Numbered from the stretch's first letter, positions 52,145 through 62,200 are shown. The stretch is DNA of 62,973 bases from a virus (IMGVR_UViG_3300036761_000576:1-62973); one strand, 5' to 3'. Notes: generated from the letters alone by a model not told the origin. A program made the numbers and translations.

Positions 52145-53104
52145 CTACTCCCGCGCCGTCCCGCGCACACGCAGGTCAGCGAAATTTGCGATTGGATCAA
52201 CGATTGCCGAGGCCACTGTCCGAGTGCGAGTAACCGCGCCCTGTGCCGGTGTCACAAGTTCAGTCCATGAGTCGCGCACCGTCGTCCCTTCCAGCAAGTT
52301 CAAGTCGAAATAGGTGTCCAGATTTACCGCTTGCAGGCGCACATTCGCTGTCATGCTGCTCCCTGCGGCTGGTTTGTTGGTTGCGCTAAGCAACACTTCA
52401 AACTGTTGCGCACTTGGGGCAAGGCTTACCTGAGCGCCCCAAAAGTAAACGCCGGAAACGTTGTCCCCGGTAATGTTTTTTGTGTAGAAGTAGTCGGCCG
52501 CCGCCCCTCCGACCTGAGTCCGCACCGTCCATGTGCACCGATACCACCCGCTTCCAACTGCCGTCATGGAAGCCGATCCCTTGCCGGACGTGGCATAGAT
52601 GCCATTGGTCAAGTCGAATGTGGCGGTTGCCAAAAAAGAGCCAGCATCCATTGTGGCAAGGCTGCATATATCGTACTCGGCAGCTTTGGCGTACATTGAG
52701 TTGGTGTAGTAGGTGCTCCCTGTTTTCGTTACGTCCTGCCTGAGATAGTAACCGCCGGCTGAAAAAGTATTGTCCGGGCATACCTTATCTGCGGTCATGG
52801 AACCATCAGGAGCAACAGCAACATTGGAATAGACAACCGTGTGGTTTGCGAGCCACACAGCATCGTCAAACGCATTTGAAGCGGTCAGCAAATTGACCGC
52901 AGCGGCAGGATTCTCCGAGGAATAGATGTAATCCGCATCGTCCGCAGCGGCCTCGTCAATCATCGCGTACAGATCGACTCCGGTACTCGGCAACCACCCG
53001 CCCGCCGCAATGTCAGATGCAGGACGAGCGTACTGGTAGACGGCCGCAGCGACCGGGTGCGAAGCAAGAGGCGCACCGGCGAGCGGCCTATAGCCGAGCG
53101 CCAT
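52145..53104 (-). CDS. Fibre/spike protein with carbohydrate-binding-like domain
   Basis: NLL..SN.F...W...APDG..TADK...YT.S.YAK...GWYRC...WGAQ. Confidence 0.7.
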   Translation of the reverse strand: MALGYRPLAGAPLASHPVAAAVYQYARPASDIAAGGWLPSTGVDLYAMIDEAAADDADYIYSSENPAAAVNLLTASNAFDDAVWLANHTVVYSNVAVAPDGSMTADKVCPDNTFSAGGYYLRQDVTKTGSTYYTNSMYAKAAEYDICSLATMDAGSFLATATFDLTNGIYATSGKGSASMTAVGSGWYRCTWTVRTQVGGAAADYFYTKNITGDNVSGVYFWGAQVSLAPSAQQFEVLLSATNKPAAGSSMTANVRLQAVNLDTYFDLNLLEGTTVRDSWTELVTPAQGAVTRTRTVASAIVDPIANFADLRVRGTARE

Positions 53105-53491
53105 TTACTCCGCCGTCGCGGCGATCTTCGCCTTGATCGCGTTTACTACCTGCGCCGTAGTGCGGGCCGTGAGCGCCGGTATCACCGCCGCGCGGAGAAT
53201 ATTCACTTCGTCCAACACGACGAGCGCGAGAGCACGAATCAGCCGCTCTTCCATGCTGCCACCGATCAACTGGCCGTTGTCGATGCCCGCCGTTGCCGCA
53301 GTCTTGGCTTGTTGCGCCCCAAAGGTCGCATCGGAGGCAGCAGACCCATCGAAGGCATCAATCGTCGGCTGCGCCGCTGCCTGCAATGAAGGCGGCGTAA
53401 CTTCTCCTGCGATGGATACCCCAGAGATCACAACGCCTGCCGCAACAATCGCGGTATGCAAACGCGCTAGATTGGTTTCGGTAATTGCCAT
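53105..53491 (-). CDS. Fibre-associated small protein
   Basis: Coupled to the upstream fibre gene. Confidence 0.65.
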   Translation of the reverse strand: MAITETNLARLHTAIVAAGVVISGVSIAGEVTPPSLQAAAQPTIDAFDGSAASDATFGAQQAKTAATAGIDNGQLIGGSMEERLIRALALVVLDEVNILRAAVIPALTARTTAQVVNAIKAKIAATAE

Positions 53492-54603
53492 TACTGAGGC
53501 ACCCCAATAAATATACTGATAAAAGCAAAGGTGCTGACAAGCGCCGATGACTCTTGCTCAAGCGCCTGAATGAAACTGAAACCAAGCGGTAGAACAGAAT
53601 GACCACCCCCTCCAAAAGCAAATGCAAGGGCGGTGGCGGCATTATTTATCGTTTTTGTTGGCGAATCAAACGCAGTAGTGGAGTTAATCCCCATGCCCGT
53701 AGCTTGGGCGCCATTTGCAGCGGTAGTGTTGTTGATTCGCGTCGCCACTGCCGCAGCCTTGCTGAATGAACATATGATCTGGCACCTTGCGGTAGACGTA
53801 TTGTTCCATGATCGTACCGTTGCACTATTGTACGTGTGGGATGTGTTATCGGTAACTGTGCAGCGCCTAAGAACCGTGTTGTAAATGTTGTCTACAAGAC
53901 GATTCTTCTCACTGTCCTCCGTGGTCGTCGTTGCCGTCGTGTAGAACGTGCCCAACAACAAGCGCGTCTTGTCTCCGGATTTGCAGTAGCGCCCGTCCTG
54001 AAACGTCACCGCTGTTGCGCGTGCCGTGTCGCTCGTCCATGCCAGCAATTCGGTATTCAGCGCCCCCGCATTCAAGAAACCGAACACATCGTATGGCTTG
54101 GCACTGGTAAGCGTGCCGAGTGCCAACGTCACTTCGCTGAACGTAATGCATTTCCAAATGTTGCCGTCCCACAAATTGATGATGTTGTGGACGTAGGGCG
54201 TATAGAAAATACTCGTCTTTGCGGCCTGATCCGTCGTCGAAACTGGGACGCCGGTTTCGAGAGTCAACCGCCCGCCCGGAGTGATCGCCTGCGCGGCAAG
54301 GTTCGCGGTATCCGCAATGTTGCTGACCAGATCGACGAACAGGTTTTCCGCGCCGCTGCAACTGATCGCAGCGCCCGTGCTGGAATCTGTCCGCGTCGTG
54401 CGTGCGAACAAAGTCCCGGCGTGCGTGTACGTCCCGTACCCCGTCTCCCACGCCGTCCCGTCCTCGATCACATACGCGAACAACTTCGCATCATCACCCG
54501 CCGCGAACGTCTGAAATCCAGACGCAGCCGCGCCGAGCGTAAGCGTGCCAGTGCCGGTCGTCGCAGAGGCGACCTTGATCCGGTCCTTCCAAGCGAGCGG
54601 CAC
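53491..54603 (-). CDS. Fibre protein
   Basis: DRIK...TTGTGTLTLG...GFQ; WETG.GTY; GGRLTL.TG.PV. Confidence 0.75.
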   Translation of the reverse strand: MPLAWKDRIKVASATTGTGTLTLGAAASGFQTFAAGDDAKLFAYVIEDGTAWETGYGTYTHAGTLFARTTRTDSSTGAAISCSGAENLFVDLVSNIADTANLAAQAITPGGRLTLETGVPVSTTDQAAKTSIFYTPYVHNIINLWDGNIWKCITFSEVTLALGTLTSAKPYDVFGFLNAGALNTELLAWTSDTARATAVTFQDGRYCKSGDKTRLLLGTFYTTATTTTEDSEKNRLVDNIYNTVLRRCTVTDNTSHTYNSATVRSWNNTSTARCQIICSFSKAAAVATRINNTTAANGAQATGMGINSTTAFDSPTKTINNAATALAFAFGGGGHSVLPLGFSFIQALEQESSALVSTFAFISIFIGVPQ

Positions 54604-54615
54604 ACCCTACCCTTG

Positions 54616-55068
54616 TCAATCTTCTTCGAAGATCGCGCTTACCGAGCAGGCTTGGTACGTCACCCCGGAAGTAAGTGCACGCAGGGAAAGGAATTCAGCG
54701 TTGCGCGCCTCAAACTTATTGCCGCCAGCCGGCGCATTCCAGATGATCGAGCCGCCAAGTGCATTCCAGCCGAGGACCACGTAATTGGTGCCCATCGTCG
54801 GTTGCGCCGACCAGGTCGTGTTGACCACGGTGACGGCTGCCGGCTGATCGTTGTGTTCGAACTTGTCCGGGACGATCGGGCCGCCCGGCGTGGTGCCGCC
54901 AGTGGCGCGCCCCAGGAGGAACTGTTGCGCGGCCGAAGACGAGCCCAGGCCACCAATGCTGACCTGGATCATCCGCATCCGGCGTGAAGCCAGGCTGAGG
55001 AATTGAAAAACGTCATTCGCTGCCGTCGGCGTGATGTTTTGCCGTGCTACCACATAGCGATTGCCCAT
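54616..55068 (-). CDS. Putative beta-sandwich structural protein
   Basis: 150 aa ending IFEED; first gene of the accessory block. Confidence 0.65.
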   Translation of the reverse strand: MGNRYVVARQNITPTAANDVFQFLSLASRRMRMIQVSIGGLGSSSAAQQFLLGRATGGTTPGGPIVPDKFEHNDQPAAVTVVNTTWSAQPTMGTNYVVLGWNALGGSIIWNAPAGGNKFEARNAEFLSLRALTSGVTYQACSVSAIFEED

Positions 55069-55086
55069 GGTTCGGTCTCCGAAATG

Positions 55087-55108
55087 AAAAAACCCGCCGG
55101 AGCGGGTT
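55087..55108 (-). terminator. Intrinsic terminator after portal
   Basis: AACCCGC-TCCG-GCGGGTT plus T-run; same stem-loop as at 7811. Confidence 0.75.
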
Positions 55109-55148
55109 CATGGAATGCGCCACTGGCGCCCGGTTGCTACTTCGTCAG

Positions 55149-57815
55149 TCAGGCTTTCGAGCCTGCTTTTGGCGGTTTCCCACCAGCCTTCTTCTCCGTC
55201 ATCGAAGCCCCTTTGATCTTCCCGTCTGGGCCCGTCTGAAACTCGATCTGCCGGTGCGTCTCGCCGCCGTTTTCTGATGGCAGGACGATCACCGTGGGCG
55301 CCGGCTGCGTCGGCATAGCCTGCGCCGCGCTTTCCTTGGCCGCCGCCGCTTCCTGCACACGCCTGTCCGCGGTTGCAGCGATGTCCTTCATCTGTTGCTG
55401 GGCCTCGTTCTTGGCGGCGCCCATGGCTTGCAACTCGACCCGCAGAATCCCCAGTTCGCCCTGCAAGGCCTCGAGCTTGGTGCGGTTGTCAGCTTCGAGC
55501 GCGGCGATCTTCTCCGCACTTTCCGCGCGCAGGCGTTCGCGCTCGAGTTCAGCGTCGGCATTCACTTCGGCCACACGCACCTTGCCGTCAGCATCAGCCG
55601 CAGAGACGGCAATGTCGGCCTTGACCTTGGCGTCGATCTCAGCCGAACGGTCAGCGGCCTTCATCTGCGCCTGCCGCACCTGGTCTGTGAGATTGGCGAT
55701 CAGCTTGGCGGTGTCAGTGCGGATCTGCTGCACCTTCTGCTCCATCTGCGCCTTGACTTCGCTGTTGGCCCCAACGGCACTGGCTTGCGCCATGATCTCG
55801 TCGGCCTCGGCGTTGAGCTTCTTCACCGTGGCGGCCTGAGTCTCGACTGTAAGCAGCGCTTGCTTGACCGCCAACTGCTCGGCGAAGGCCTGTTTCTGGG
55901 CCTGCTGCTGCTTCTGTGCCTGTATCTGGGCCTCTTCCTCGGGCGTGAGTTGCTTGTCGCGCGGCGGCTTGCCGTTGATCTCGCGGATGGTCTGGATGAT
56001 CGCTTCCGCGCCAGGCAGGTCGGCGAACTCGAGCACATCGTCAAGCAGCTTGATGGCGATCTCCGGTGGAAGTTTCGTCACCATGTCCATCATGCGGTCG
56101 TAGGCTGCCTGTCTTGCCGACTCGCGGAAGTCCTGGGAGCTGACGACGAAATCGGCCTGGTCTTTGGTGATGTCGTTCAGCAACGTTGGCTGGCCGGTGT
56201 TCTTGTCGATGCCCGGTTCGTTGATGGTCAGGAAGTCGTAGCCCTTGCGCTCGCCGATGACGCGAATGTCTTTCTTCTCGGTGTAGAACTGCTCGGCCAG
56301 CGAGAGCACTTTCTGCCCGTGGAGCTGGACCGCGAGCCGCAGGGCGTCGAAGTAGTCGGTAGTGACCGTCGAGCCTTGGTCCTGCCTGGCCTCGATCGCC
56401 TTGCCCGAGATCGCATTGGTCTTGCGTCCCATCAACTCGTCGACGACGCCCGACGTGTCCTGAATCATGCGTTCGTCGATGCGCGAATACTCCAAGTGCG
56501 CCTCGGCGATGTCGATGTCCGTGTGCAACTCGAACCGGGCCCCTGGTTTGATCTCGAACACCGGATCGGGCCTTGCCGCTTCTTCCCGAATCACTTCCAG
56601 GTCTTCGTGCGCGCCCCGGTCCATGATGACGCGCCGGGCCGAGAGCGAGAACAGGGCCTTGCTCATCCGCCGGTTGAAGTCCTCCTGCGGGTCGCGCATC
56701 CCCCGGATCATCCCGTAGGGCGCGTTGTCGAGCCCGCGACGGTTGCCCCAGATAGGCGTGAACGGGAACTCGTTGTGCCGGTACGGGCTCATCACGTCCT
56801 GCAACAGCGTGCCGCGGACGAAAATCGCGCAACGCACGCGCATCGACACCCGCTCGATGACGCTGGCCGCCCGCTGCTGCATCAGCCACACGTGGTAATC
56901 GTCGTTCGGATCGAAAATCGTGCCGTGCAGACCGCTGCCTACGATCAGCGAGCACTTGCAGGGCATCCGATACCAAGCTTCGATCAGGCGCACCCGCGAG
57001 CGACGGTTGAAGCTGCTCGCCGTGGAATCAACGAACGTGCGGCGCCCAATCGCGGCCGATAGGCCATCCGGCTGGCGCGCGCTGAGATACTGGCCCATGT
57101 ACCACAGATCGTTTTCTTGCCAATCGACCATGTCCGAGTAGGTCGAAGCGGCCCGAATGGCTTCCACCGTCTCCGGGAAGAGCAATTCGGCCACGTCGAG
57201 GTCAACGTGCTTCTGCCTGAACACGTACCGCCAGTCGGTGCCGTCAGTTTCGATGCCGTGTGAGTCGTACAACAGGTTTCGCCACGATTCGTGCCGGTCG
57301 AAGATCAATTCCTTGGTCGGATCGGCCCGCAGACCGCATTCCAGCCATCCCAGGCCAACTTTGACGGCATCAGCGAAAGCCCGCGACCGCGCGTACTGGC
57401 TTTTGTTGACGTCAGCGATGTATTTCAGAACCTTGGTCTTGTTCTCGGCCCCGTTGCGATCATTCGACGAGCGTGGGAACACCTTGAAATCGATCCGCGT
57501 GCGCTTTTCGGTCCCCGTCACCCACCGAATCGCGGGCGCGATCTTGTTGTAGACCAGCGGTGCCTGACCGCGGCTTATCAGCGCTTCGGCGTCGTCGTCC
57601 GAGATTTGCAGGTTGTCGTAGAAATCCTCGTCTATCGCCATCTGGTAGCGATTCGGCGCCTGCCGGATCTGCTCAACTTCCAGCCACTCCTCGAGCTGCC
57701 GCAGCCGCTTCTGCGCCGGCTCGCTTTCCAGCGCCGTCGACGTGCGCGTGTTGGCCGTACCGGCCATGATGTCGAGCGAGGCCGTGCGCGGGCCGGGGCC
57801 AGTATTCTCGATCAA
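55149..57815 (-). CDS. Portal protein (P22-like) with long C-terminal coiled coil
   Basis: RGQAPLVYNKI; YGMIRGMRDPQ..FN.R.SK; SGKAIEARQDQG. Confidence 0.92.
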   Translation of the reverse strand: MIENTGPGPRTASLDIMAGTANTRTSTALESEPAQKRLRQLEEWLEVEQIRQAPNRYQMAIDEDFYDNLQISDDDAEALISRGQAPLVYNKIAPAIRWVTGTEKRTRIDFKVFPRSSNDRNGAENKTKVLKYIADVNKSQYARSRAFADAVKVGLGWLECGLRADPTKELIFDRHESWRNLLYDSHGIETDGTDWRYVFRQKHVDLDVAELLFPETVEAIRAASTYSDMVDWQENDLWYMGQYLSARQPDGLSAAIGRRTFVDSTASSFNRRSRVRLIEAWYRMPCKCSLIVGSGLHGTIFDPNDDYHVWLMQQRAASVIERVSMRVRCAIFVRGTLLQDVMSPYRHNEFPFTPIWGNRRGLDNAPYGMIRGMRDPQEDFNRRMSKALFSLSARRVIMDRGAHEDLEVIREEAARPDPVFEIKPGARFELHTDIDIAEAHLEYSRIDERMIQDTSGVVDELMGRKTNAISGKAIEARQDQGSTVTTDYFDALRLAVQLHGQKVLSLAEQFYTEKKDIRVIGERKGYDFLTINEPGIDKNTGQPTLLNDITKDQADFVVSSQDFRESARQAAYDRMMDMVTKLPPEIAIKLLDDVLEFADLPGAEAIIQTIREINGKPPRDKQLTPEEEAQIQAQKQQQAQKQAFAEQLAVKQALLTVETQAATVKKLNAEADEIMAQASAVGANSEVKAQMEQKVQQIRTDTAKLIANLTDQVRQAQMKAADRSAEIDAKVKADIAVSAADADGKVRVAEVNADAELERERLRAESAEKIAALEADNRTKLEALQGELGILRVELQAMGAAKNEAQQQMKDIAATADRRVQEAAAAKESAAQAMPTQPAPTVIVLPSENGGETHRQIEFQTGPDGKIKGASMTEKKAGGKPPKAGSKA

Positions 57816-58207
57816 TGGAACACCAGGCTAACGTGCTTGTCGCGCACAGCGACCTCCGCCTTGTCTTCGGGCTTGGCCTCGATCGGCTCGGGCTGCATCG
57901 TCAGCAGCTCAATAAGCATGTCCTGGATGAACGAGGCGATGCGATAGGCCGAAAACTTCGAGCGGCCAAAGCCCATGACTTTGGCGAACTTGGTCGACTG
58001 CCGCACCAGGTAGTCGTCTTCCGTGTACTTGTACGCAGCCGAGAGCCCTATCACCACCGCACCATCGTTCCTGAGCGCCAAGGGGCTGCCGAGCGCGCCG
58101 AGCCGCCATAGGCACAGGCTTTCCTCGCCGTTGACGTACTGGAAGGACGCGACCATGTCCCCGCGCGTGATCTGCTTGCGCGCGTTCTTGCCGAATTCGA
58201 TGCCCAT
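57812..58207 (-). CDS. Hypothetical protein upstream of portal
   Basis: 131 aa, coupled to portal. Confidence 0.75.
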   Translation of the reverse strand: MGIEFGKNARKQITRGDMVASFQYVNGEESLCLWRLGALGSPLALRNDGAVVIGLSAAYKYTEDDYLVRQSTKFAKVMGFGRSKFSAYRIASFIQDMLIELLTMQPEPIEAKPEDKAEVAVRDKHVSLVFH

Positions 58208-58615
58208 TTATTTCACCGTGGCCCAGTCATGCATTTTATCTAGCTCGCGCGCATAAACGACGCGCGTTCTGGCGTAGCGCTTGGCGCCCCTGGCTCGCTC
58301 GCGGTCCTGCGCGCGATCACGGCTAAGCACAGGCGTTGTCATCAACAGCGCCGCCTTCTTCTCATCGCCATCGAACAAGGCGTCCGAGGCCAGCCGCGAT
58401 TTATTGGCTACCAGATAGCGCACCGTTGCCTTTGAACTAAAGCCTTGCACGCGCGGCCAAAGCTTGTTGGTTTCCGCTTCGATCGAGGCAAATTGATCGT
58501 TGGTCAAACGCTCGCTTGGCCACGCTCCGGCCGCGATACGTAGCGCCCAACCAACGGTCTTGTTGCCCTGCCATCCCGCCAGCAGGATCGCGGTCCATTC
58601 GCGTTGCGTCAGCAT
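58208..58615 (-). CDS. Hypothetical protein
   Basis: 135 aa with GGAG RBS. Confidence 0.6.
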   Translation of the reverse strand: MLTQREWTAILLAGWQGNKTVGWALRIAAGAWPSERLTNDQFASIEAETNKLWPRVQGFSSKATVRYLVANKSRLASDALFDGDEKKAALLMTTPVLSRDRAQDRERARGAKRYARTRVVYARELDKMHDWATVK

Positions 58616-58633
58616 TACTGGCTCCAGAAATGG

Positions 58634-58656
58634 AAAACCCAGCCGGAGCTGGGTTT
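58634..58656 (-). terminator. Terminator-like hairpin after the tRNA
   Basis: AAACCCAGC-TCCG-GCTGGGTTTT. Confidence 0.65.
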
Positions 58657-58664
58657 CGATAGGG

Positions 58665-58736
58665 TTGCAGGGACGCGAATTGAACGCGCTATCTTCGGGT
58701 TATGAGCCCGACGACTTACCGGCCGTCTCCCCTGCT
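58665..58736 (-). tRNA. tRNA-Met(CAT), initiator-like
   Basis: Anticodon arm TCGGG-CTCATAA-CCCGA with three G:C pairs, 1:72 mismatch, T-arm GCGCG-TTCAATT-CGCGT; no encoded CCA. Confidence 0.85.
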
Positions 58737-58836
58737 GCAAAATTGGGCCCCTTACGGGGGCGAGTCGCTACAGCCGCATCCGGCCGCTACGGATCACTCT
58801 GCCGAATCACTCCGTGCTTCGCCGGGCGGAGCAGAG

Positions 58837-60276
58837 TCACATTGTCCTCCAGTTTGGCTGGCGCTCGATCCGTTTCTTGTCTGACGGCTTCACGGTCGCA
58901 AAGCGCCGGCACATGAAGGCGTAGCGCGACGCCGAGATCGCGTCGTCGTCGATCTTGTTGATGATGCCGTCCTGCCGGTGGTACAGCCGCTTCTCGTCCA
59001 TCCACGCGGTCAGGTGCCGAAAGACCTTCCACCGGCCGCTCTGCATCATTTCCAGCATCCCGGTAATCCCGGGCTCGACGTTGTTGGTACCGTCCTCGAA
59101 CGTCGCCTTCTCCGGCAGCAGGTTCAGCCCTTGATCGCGGTACTGTTGGGCGAGCTGGATGCCGCTGCCCTTATCGTGCTGGAGGCCGTCGTGGGGCCAG
59201 GCAATCGGCAGCCAGGTGCCCCAAGCTTTAACCGTAGGGGCGAACATCAGCGGCGTGGCCTCGCGCATCTTGTGCACGCTAGTCACGTAGTAGGCGTCGT
59301 TATCGCGGTCAATGGCGAGCCGCGTCGCCGCGCTGGGGTGATCCCAACCGAAGTCGAGGCCAGCGATCTGCGCCCAGTGCCGCGGGATCTCGAACTGGTC
59401 ACACGTGATCTGGTGATCGGACACCGGGAACACGGCCCCGGAACCCATGACGGGCACGCCGTAGGCTCGCGCCTCCCGCTCGTGCTCAGGGTAGCCGTCG
59501 ATGATCCGCTCGCGATCCTCTTCGCTGTAATGCGCGGCCTCTGCGATCCCCATCTGGACCATCACGGTGCCGCGCACCTTCTCGACCATGAATCGCAACA
59601 CCACCCCGGACATGCCTTTCAACGGCGTGAATGTCAGGAAGGTGATGCCGTGCGTCGTATTGGTCCGCGTCACGCCCTCGGAGTAGATCGCGTAGTCGGG
59701 CTCCTCGTCGAACCAGACCAGGTCTAGGGTTTCCGCCTGAAACTTTTCTCTACCTTGGTCGTAGGACTTGAAGCCGATGATAGACTCACCGCGCTGCACG
59801 TCGCCCCCGCCGCCGTGCCAGACGACGATGGTCTCAAGCGCGTCCTTCGCGCCATGCGCGCGCCGCTGGACCTCTTTCACCCTAGTAGCCGGGATCGCGC
59901 CGGTGCCCCACGCATTCGCACGGCCCATGAGGATCCGCTGCGGCCCGTCGCGCGTCAGCTCGCCGGAGACCCCGGCGACCCAGCCGACGATCGCCTTGTC
60001 GAAAACCTTGCCTTGCCACCAGTCTGGATATTCCCCAGTGGCGTGCATCGCATATTCCATGCCCCCTGCCAGCGTTTTGCCGAGCTGATTGCCGGCGGCA
60101 AACAGCCGCTCTCGGAATTCCGCTCCTAGTGCGTGGAAAAGCGCCTGCTTAGGGTAGGGCGCGTAGTCGTACAACCGGCCCTGCGCCAGCTTGCGCACGA
60201 TCTTAATGCGTAGCGCGGCCTGGGCCTCGGGCGGCATTGTTTCGTACAGCAGGCGAACGGGCTGCATCTGACTCAT
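58837..60276 (-). CDS. terL: Terminase large subunit (P22-like)
   Basis: AGNQLGKT, VWFDEEP, TFTPLKG, GLDFGWDHP, DDAISASRY. Confidence 0.95.
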   Translation of the reverse strand: MSQMQPVRLLYETMPPEAQAALRIKIVRKLAQGRLYDYAPYPKQALFHALGAEFRERLFAAGNQLGKTLAGGMEYAMHATGEYPDWWQGKVFDKAIVGWVAGVSGELTRDGPQRILMGRANAWGTGAIPATRVKEVQRRAHGAKDALETIVVWHGGGGDVQRGESIIGFKSYDQGREKFQAETLDLVWFDEEPDYAIYSEGVTRTNTTHGITFLTFTPLKGMSGVVLRFMVEKVRGTVMVQMGIAEAAHYSEEDRERIIDGYPEHEREARAYGVPVMGSGAVFPVSDHQITCDQFEIPRHWAQIAGLDFGWDHPSAATRLAIDRDNDAYYVTSVHKMREATPLMFAPTVKAWGTWLPIAWPHDGLQHDKGSGIQLAQQYRDQGLNLLPEKATFEDGTNNVEPGITGMLEMMQSGRWKVFRHLTAWMDEKRLYHRQDGIINKIDDDAISASRYAFMCRRFATVKPSDKKRIERQPNWRTM

Positions 60277-60823
60277 CCATCAACTCGAGCAGTTCTTTGA
60301 CCTGCGCGTGCGTCAGGGCATCGAGGGGGTCGCTGATGTTGCGCCGGGTCTCGATGAACATGCCCCGTTCCTTGCCCAACAGCTCGAGCGCGCGGTTGAC
60401 GGCGGCCAAGTTGGCAGAGCGCACTTCGCCCGTTGGCGTCCCTTCCTTGTCGCAAATTGTCTCGTCGGACAGCCCGTTTTTGACCACTGTAATCAAGTTT
60501 GCCTCGATCCAGGCCTTGTCGACAATGGTCTGCTCGAGGGCGGCGGCGGCCCTCATGTCCACCGCTACCTGCGGCGTGGTTGCGACCGCGCTCTCGATGA
60601 GCAGTTTGTCGACCTTTTTCCGAACCAGGTGCTTGAGAGAGGCGATGCGCGCCTTCACGTGCGGCAGCTTGGCGAGGTCGGCGGCATCGTGGTGCACGCT
60701 GACGACGTCCCGCTGCCGGCCCACATCGTAGGCTGCTCGGTAGGCTCCAGACAACGACATCCCTTTGGCGAGACCCAGGCAGAACTCCTCCTGCTTTTCC
60801 GTGAGCTTGCGGAGCTTTGCCAT
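60203..60823 (-). CDS. terS: Terminase small subunit
   Basis: LTEKQEEFC...AYRAAY; ALELLGKERGMF. Confidence 0.9.
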   Translation of the reverse strand: MAKLRKLTEKQEEFCLGLAKGMSLSGAYRAAYDVGRQRDVVSVHHDAADLAKLPHVKARIASLKHLVRKKVDKLLIESAVATTPQVAVDMRAAAALEQTIVDKAWIEANLITVVKNGLSDETICDKEGTPTGEVRSANLAAVNRALELLGKERGMFIETRRNISDPLDALTHAQVKELLELMDESDAARSPAVRNNAARGPGRATH

Positions 60824-61027
60824 TCAGCGCCCTAACACCGCGTTCGCCTTGGCGTCGATCGTCGCCTTCTGAGCGGCGGTCAGGTTGCCCCGCTTGCGCT
60901 GCTGCGTGGCCCGAGCTTTGGCGTTGGCAGCGTGAGCCCGATCTGGAAGCGGATACTTGCGCTCTGCCGACAGGCCAAACTCGACCGGCGGCAAGGTGCG
61001 CCGTATCCGTGCTGTCAGTTCGCCCAT
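60824..61027 (-). CDS. Small basic protein (DUF6582-like)
   Basis: R..L...FG...RKYPLPDRAHAANAKAR. Confidence 0.75.
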   Translation of the reverse strand: MGELTARIRRTLPPVEFGLSAERKYPLPDRAHAANAKARATQQRKRGNLTAAQKATIDAKANAVLGR

Positions 61028-61210
61028 TGGCGTGCTCCAAGGTGGGGGCCGGCCCGCTTACCCTCGCCAAATGGAGGGGCCAAAGCACGGCGAGATGGCA
61101 TAGAAACGAAAGCGGCCCACACGCAAGTGAGCCGCGCGCGGGGATAGTCTCCCACGTTATGAAAAAGGACTGTAGCAGCGTCATTCTGGAAAAGCAAGCG
61201 CTGCCGGGGG

Positions 61211-61741
61211 TCAGGCGGGGGGATTGATTAGCGCCCGGATCGCCTCGGCAATCTGCTCTGCGCTAAAGTGCTCGCGCATGATGTAGGCTTGCGCTTTGCT
61301 TTCAGCATCCCGCGCAGCCCCCGCAGCATCCCGCGCATCCCCCGCAGCAGCCTCCGCAGCCTCCGCAGCCCCCGCAGCCCCCGCAGCCCACGCAGCAGCC
61401 CACGCAGCAGCCCACGCAGCAGCCCGCGCAGCCCCCGCAGCCCACGCAGCAGCCTCCGCAGCAGCCACCGCAGCCCCTCTTTCATCGTCGTCGGCACCGC
61501 GCCGCGCACAGTCAATCGCCCACGCGCACGCGAGTTGCGATTCAGGCTCAACCAGGTGCCATACACGCTCGGCCATGTCGGACGCAGCCGCCAGCGAGTC
61601 CAATCCAAGCTCCCGCGTGAACCACGCCATCCAATCGCCGTTCTGGCACTCAGTCCATGCCTGCTCAAGTGTACGTTTACCTACCCATTCGACGGCCTCG
61701 GGGCAGGCGTCCATTTTGCGGAGTTGGTCAGCGAAGGTCAT
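61211..61741 (-). CDS. Hypothetical protein with Ala-rich AAWAA repeats
   Basis: ACPEAVEW...GDWMAW; GCAGCC-based tandem repeats at ~61310-61475. Confidence 0.75.
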   Translation of the reverse strand: MTFADQLRKMDACPEAVEWVGKRTLEQAWTECQNGDWMAWFTRELGLDSLAAASDMAERVWHLVEPESQLACAWAIDCARRGADDDERGAAVAAAEAAAWAAGAARAAAWAAAWAAAWAAGAAGAAEAAEAAAGDARDAAGAARDAESKAQAYIMREHFSAEQIAEAIRALINPPA

Positions 61742-61792
61742 TTCTGCTCCTTGTCCAGCGCGGCTAGGGCGGCGTCGAGGATCGCAATGGCT

Positions 61793-62200
61793 TCATCCGT
61801 GTTCATCATCCGCGCAGCTTTGGATGCCTCGATCACCCGCAGCATTGCAAGGACGCGCTCGGGGGACCCACTTGTTGTTGATCTTGATGAGGTCTGCCCG
61901 CTCGGCCTCAAGGGCGGCGATGCGTTCAGCGGCGAGCCTTGAGTAGTATTCGACCGCGCGTGCCACCATCCCACGCCATGCTTGATGACGTTCGTTCAGG
62001 GTCGCTTCCACCCGCGCATTCTCATCGCGCAGTTGGACGAGCGCGGCGGCGGCGTCGTGAATGGCCTGCGAATAGTCCCGCTGCGAGGCAATCGTCCTGT
62101 CCGGCGGATTGAATCCTTGCAGCCGCTCGATCAGCGCGTCCACATCGCTCGTTGGCCTCGCGCCGCCTGCGTCACGCAAAAGTCCGTCGGGGGTGGTCAT
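61793..62200 (-). CDS. Mosaic accessory protein, possibly frameshifted at its 3' end
   Basis: Shares exact DNA blocks with 16..546 and 543..785. Confidence 0.6.
   Translation of the reverse strand: MTTPDGLLRDAGGARPTSDVDALIERLQGFNPPDRTIASQRDYSQAIHDAAAALVQLRDENARVEATLNERHQAWRGMVARAVEYYSRLAAERIAALEAERADLIKINNKWVPRARPCNAAGDRGIQSCADDEHG

Noticed and set aside
30223-55068. Diversity-generating retroelement, as in BPP-1
   Set aside because: No reverse transcriptase ORF and no TR/VR pair differing only at adenines. The duplicated genes differ at all base types and are both coding.
58740-58836. Known self-cleaving ribozyme beside the tRNA
   Set aside because: No hammerhead core (CTGATGA/GAAA) or convincing HDV-like fold; kept only as an unassigned structured leader.
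61310-61475. GCAGCC-type tandem repeats as a CRISPR array or ncRNA
   Set aside because: No unique spacers; they encode in-frame Ala-rich AAWAA repeats.
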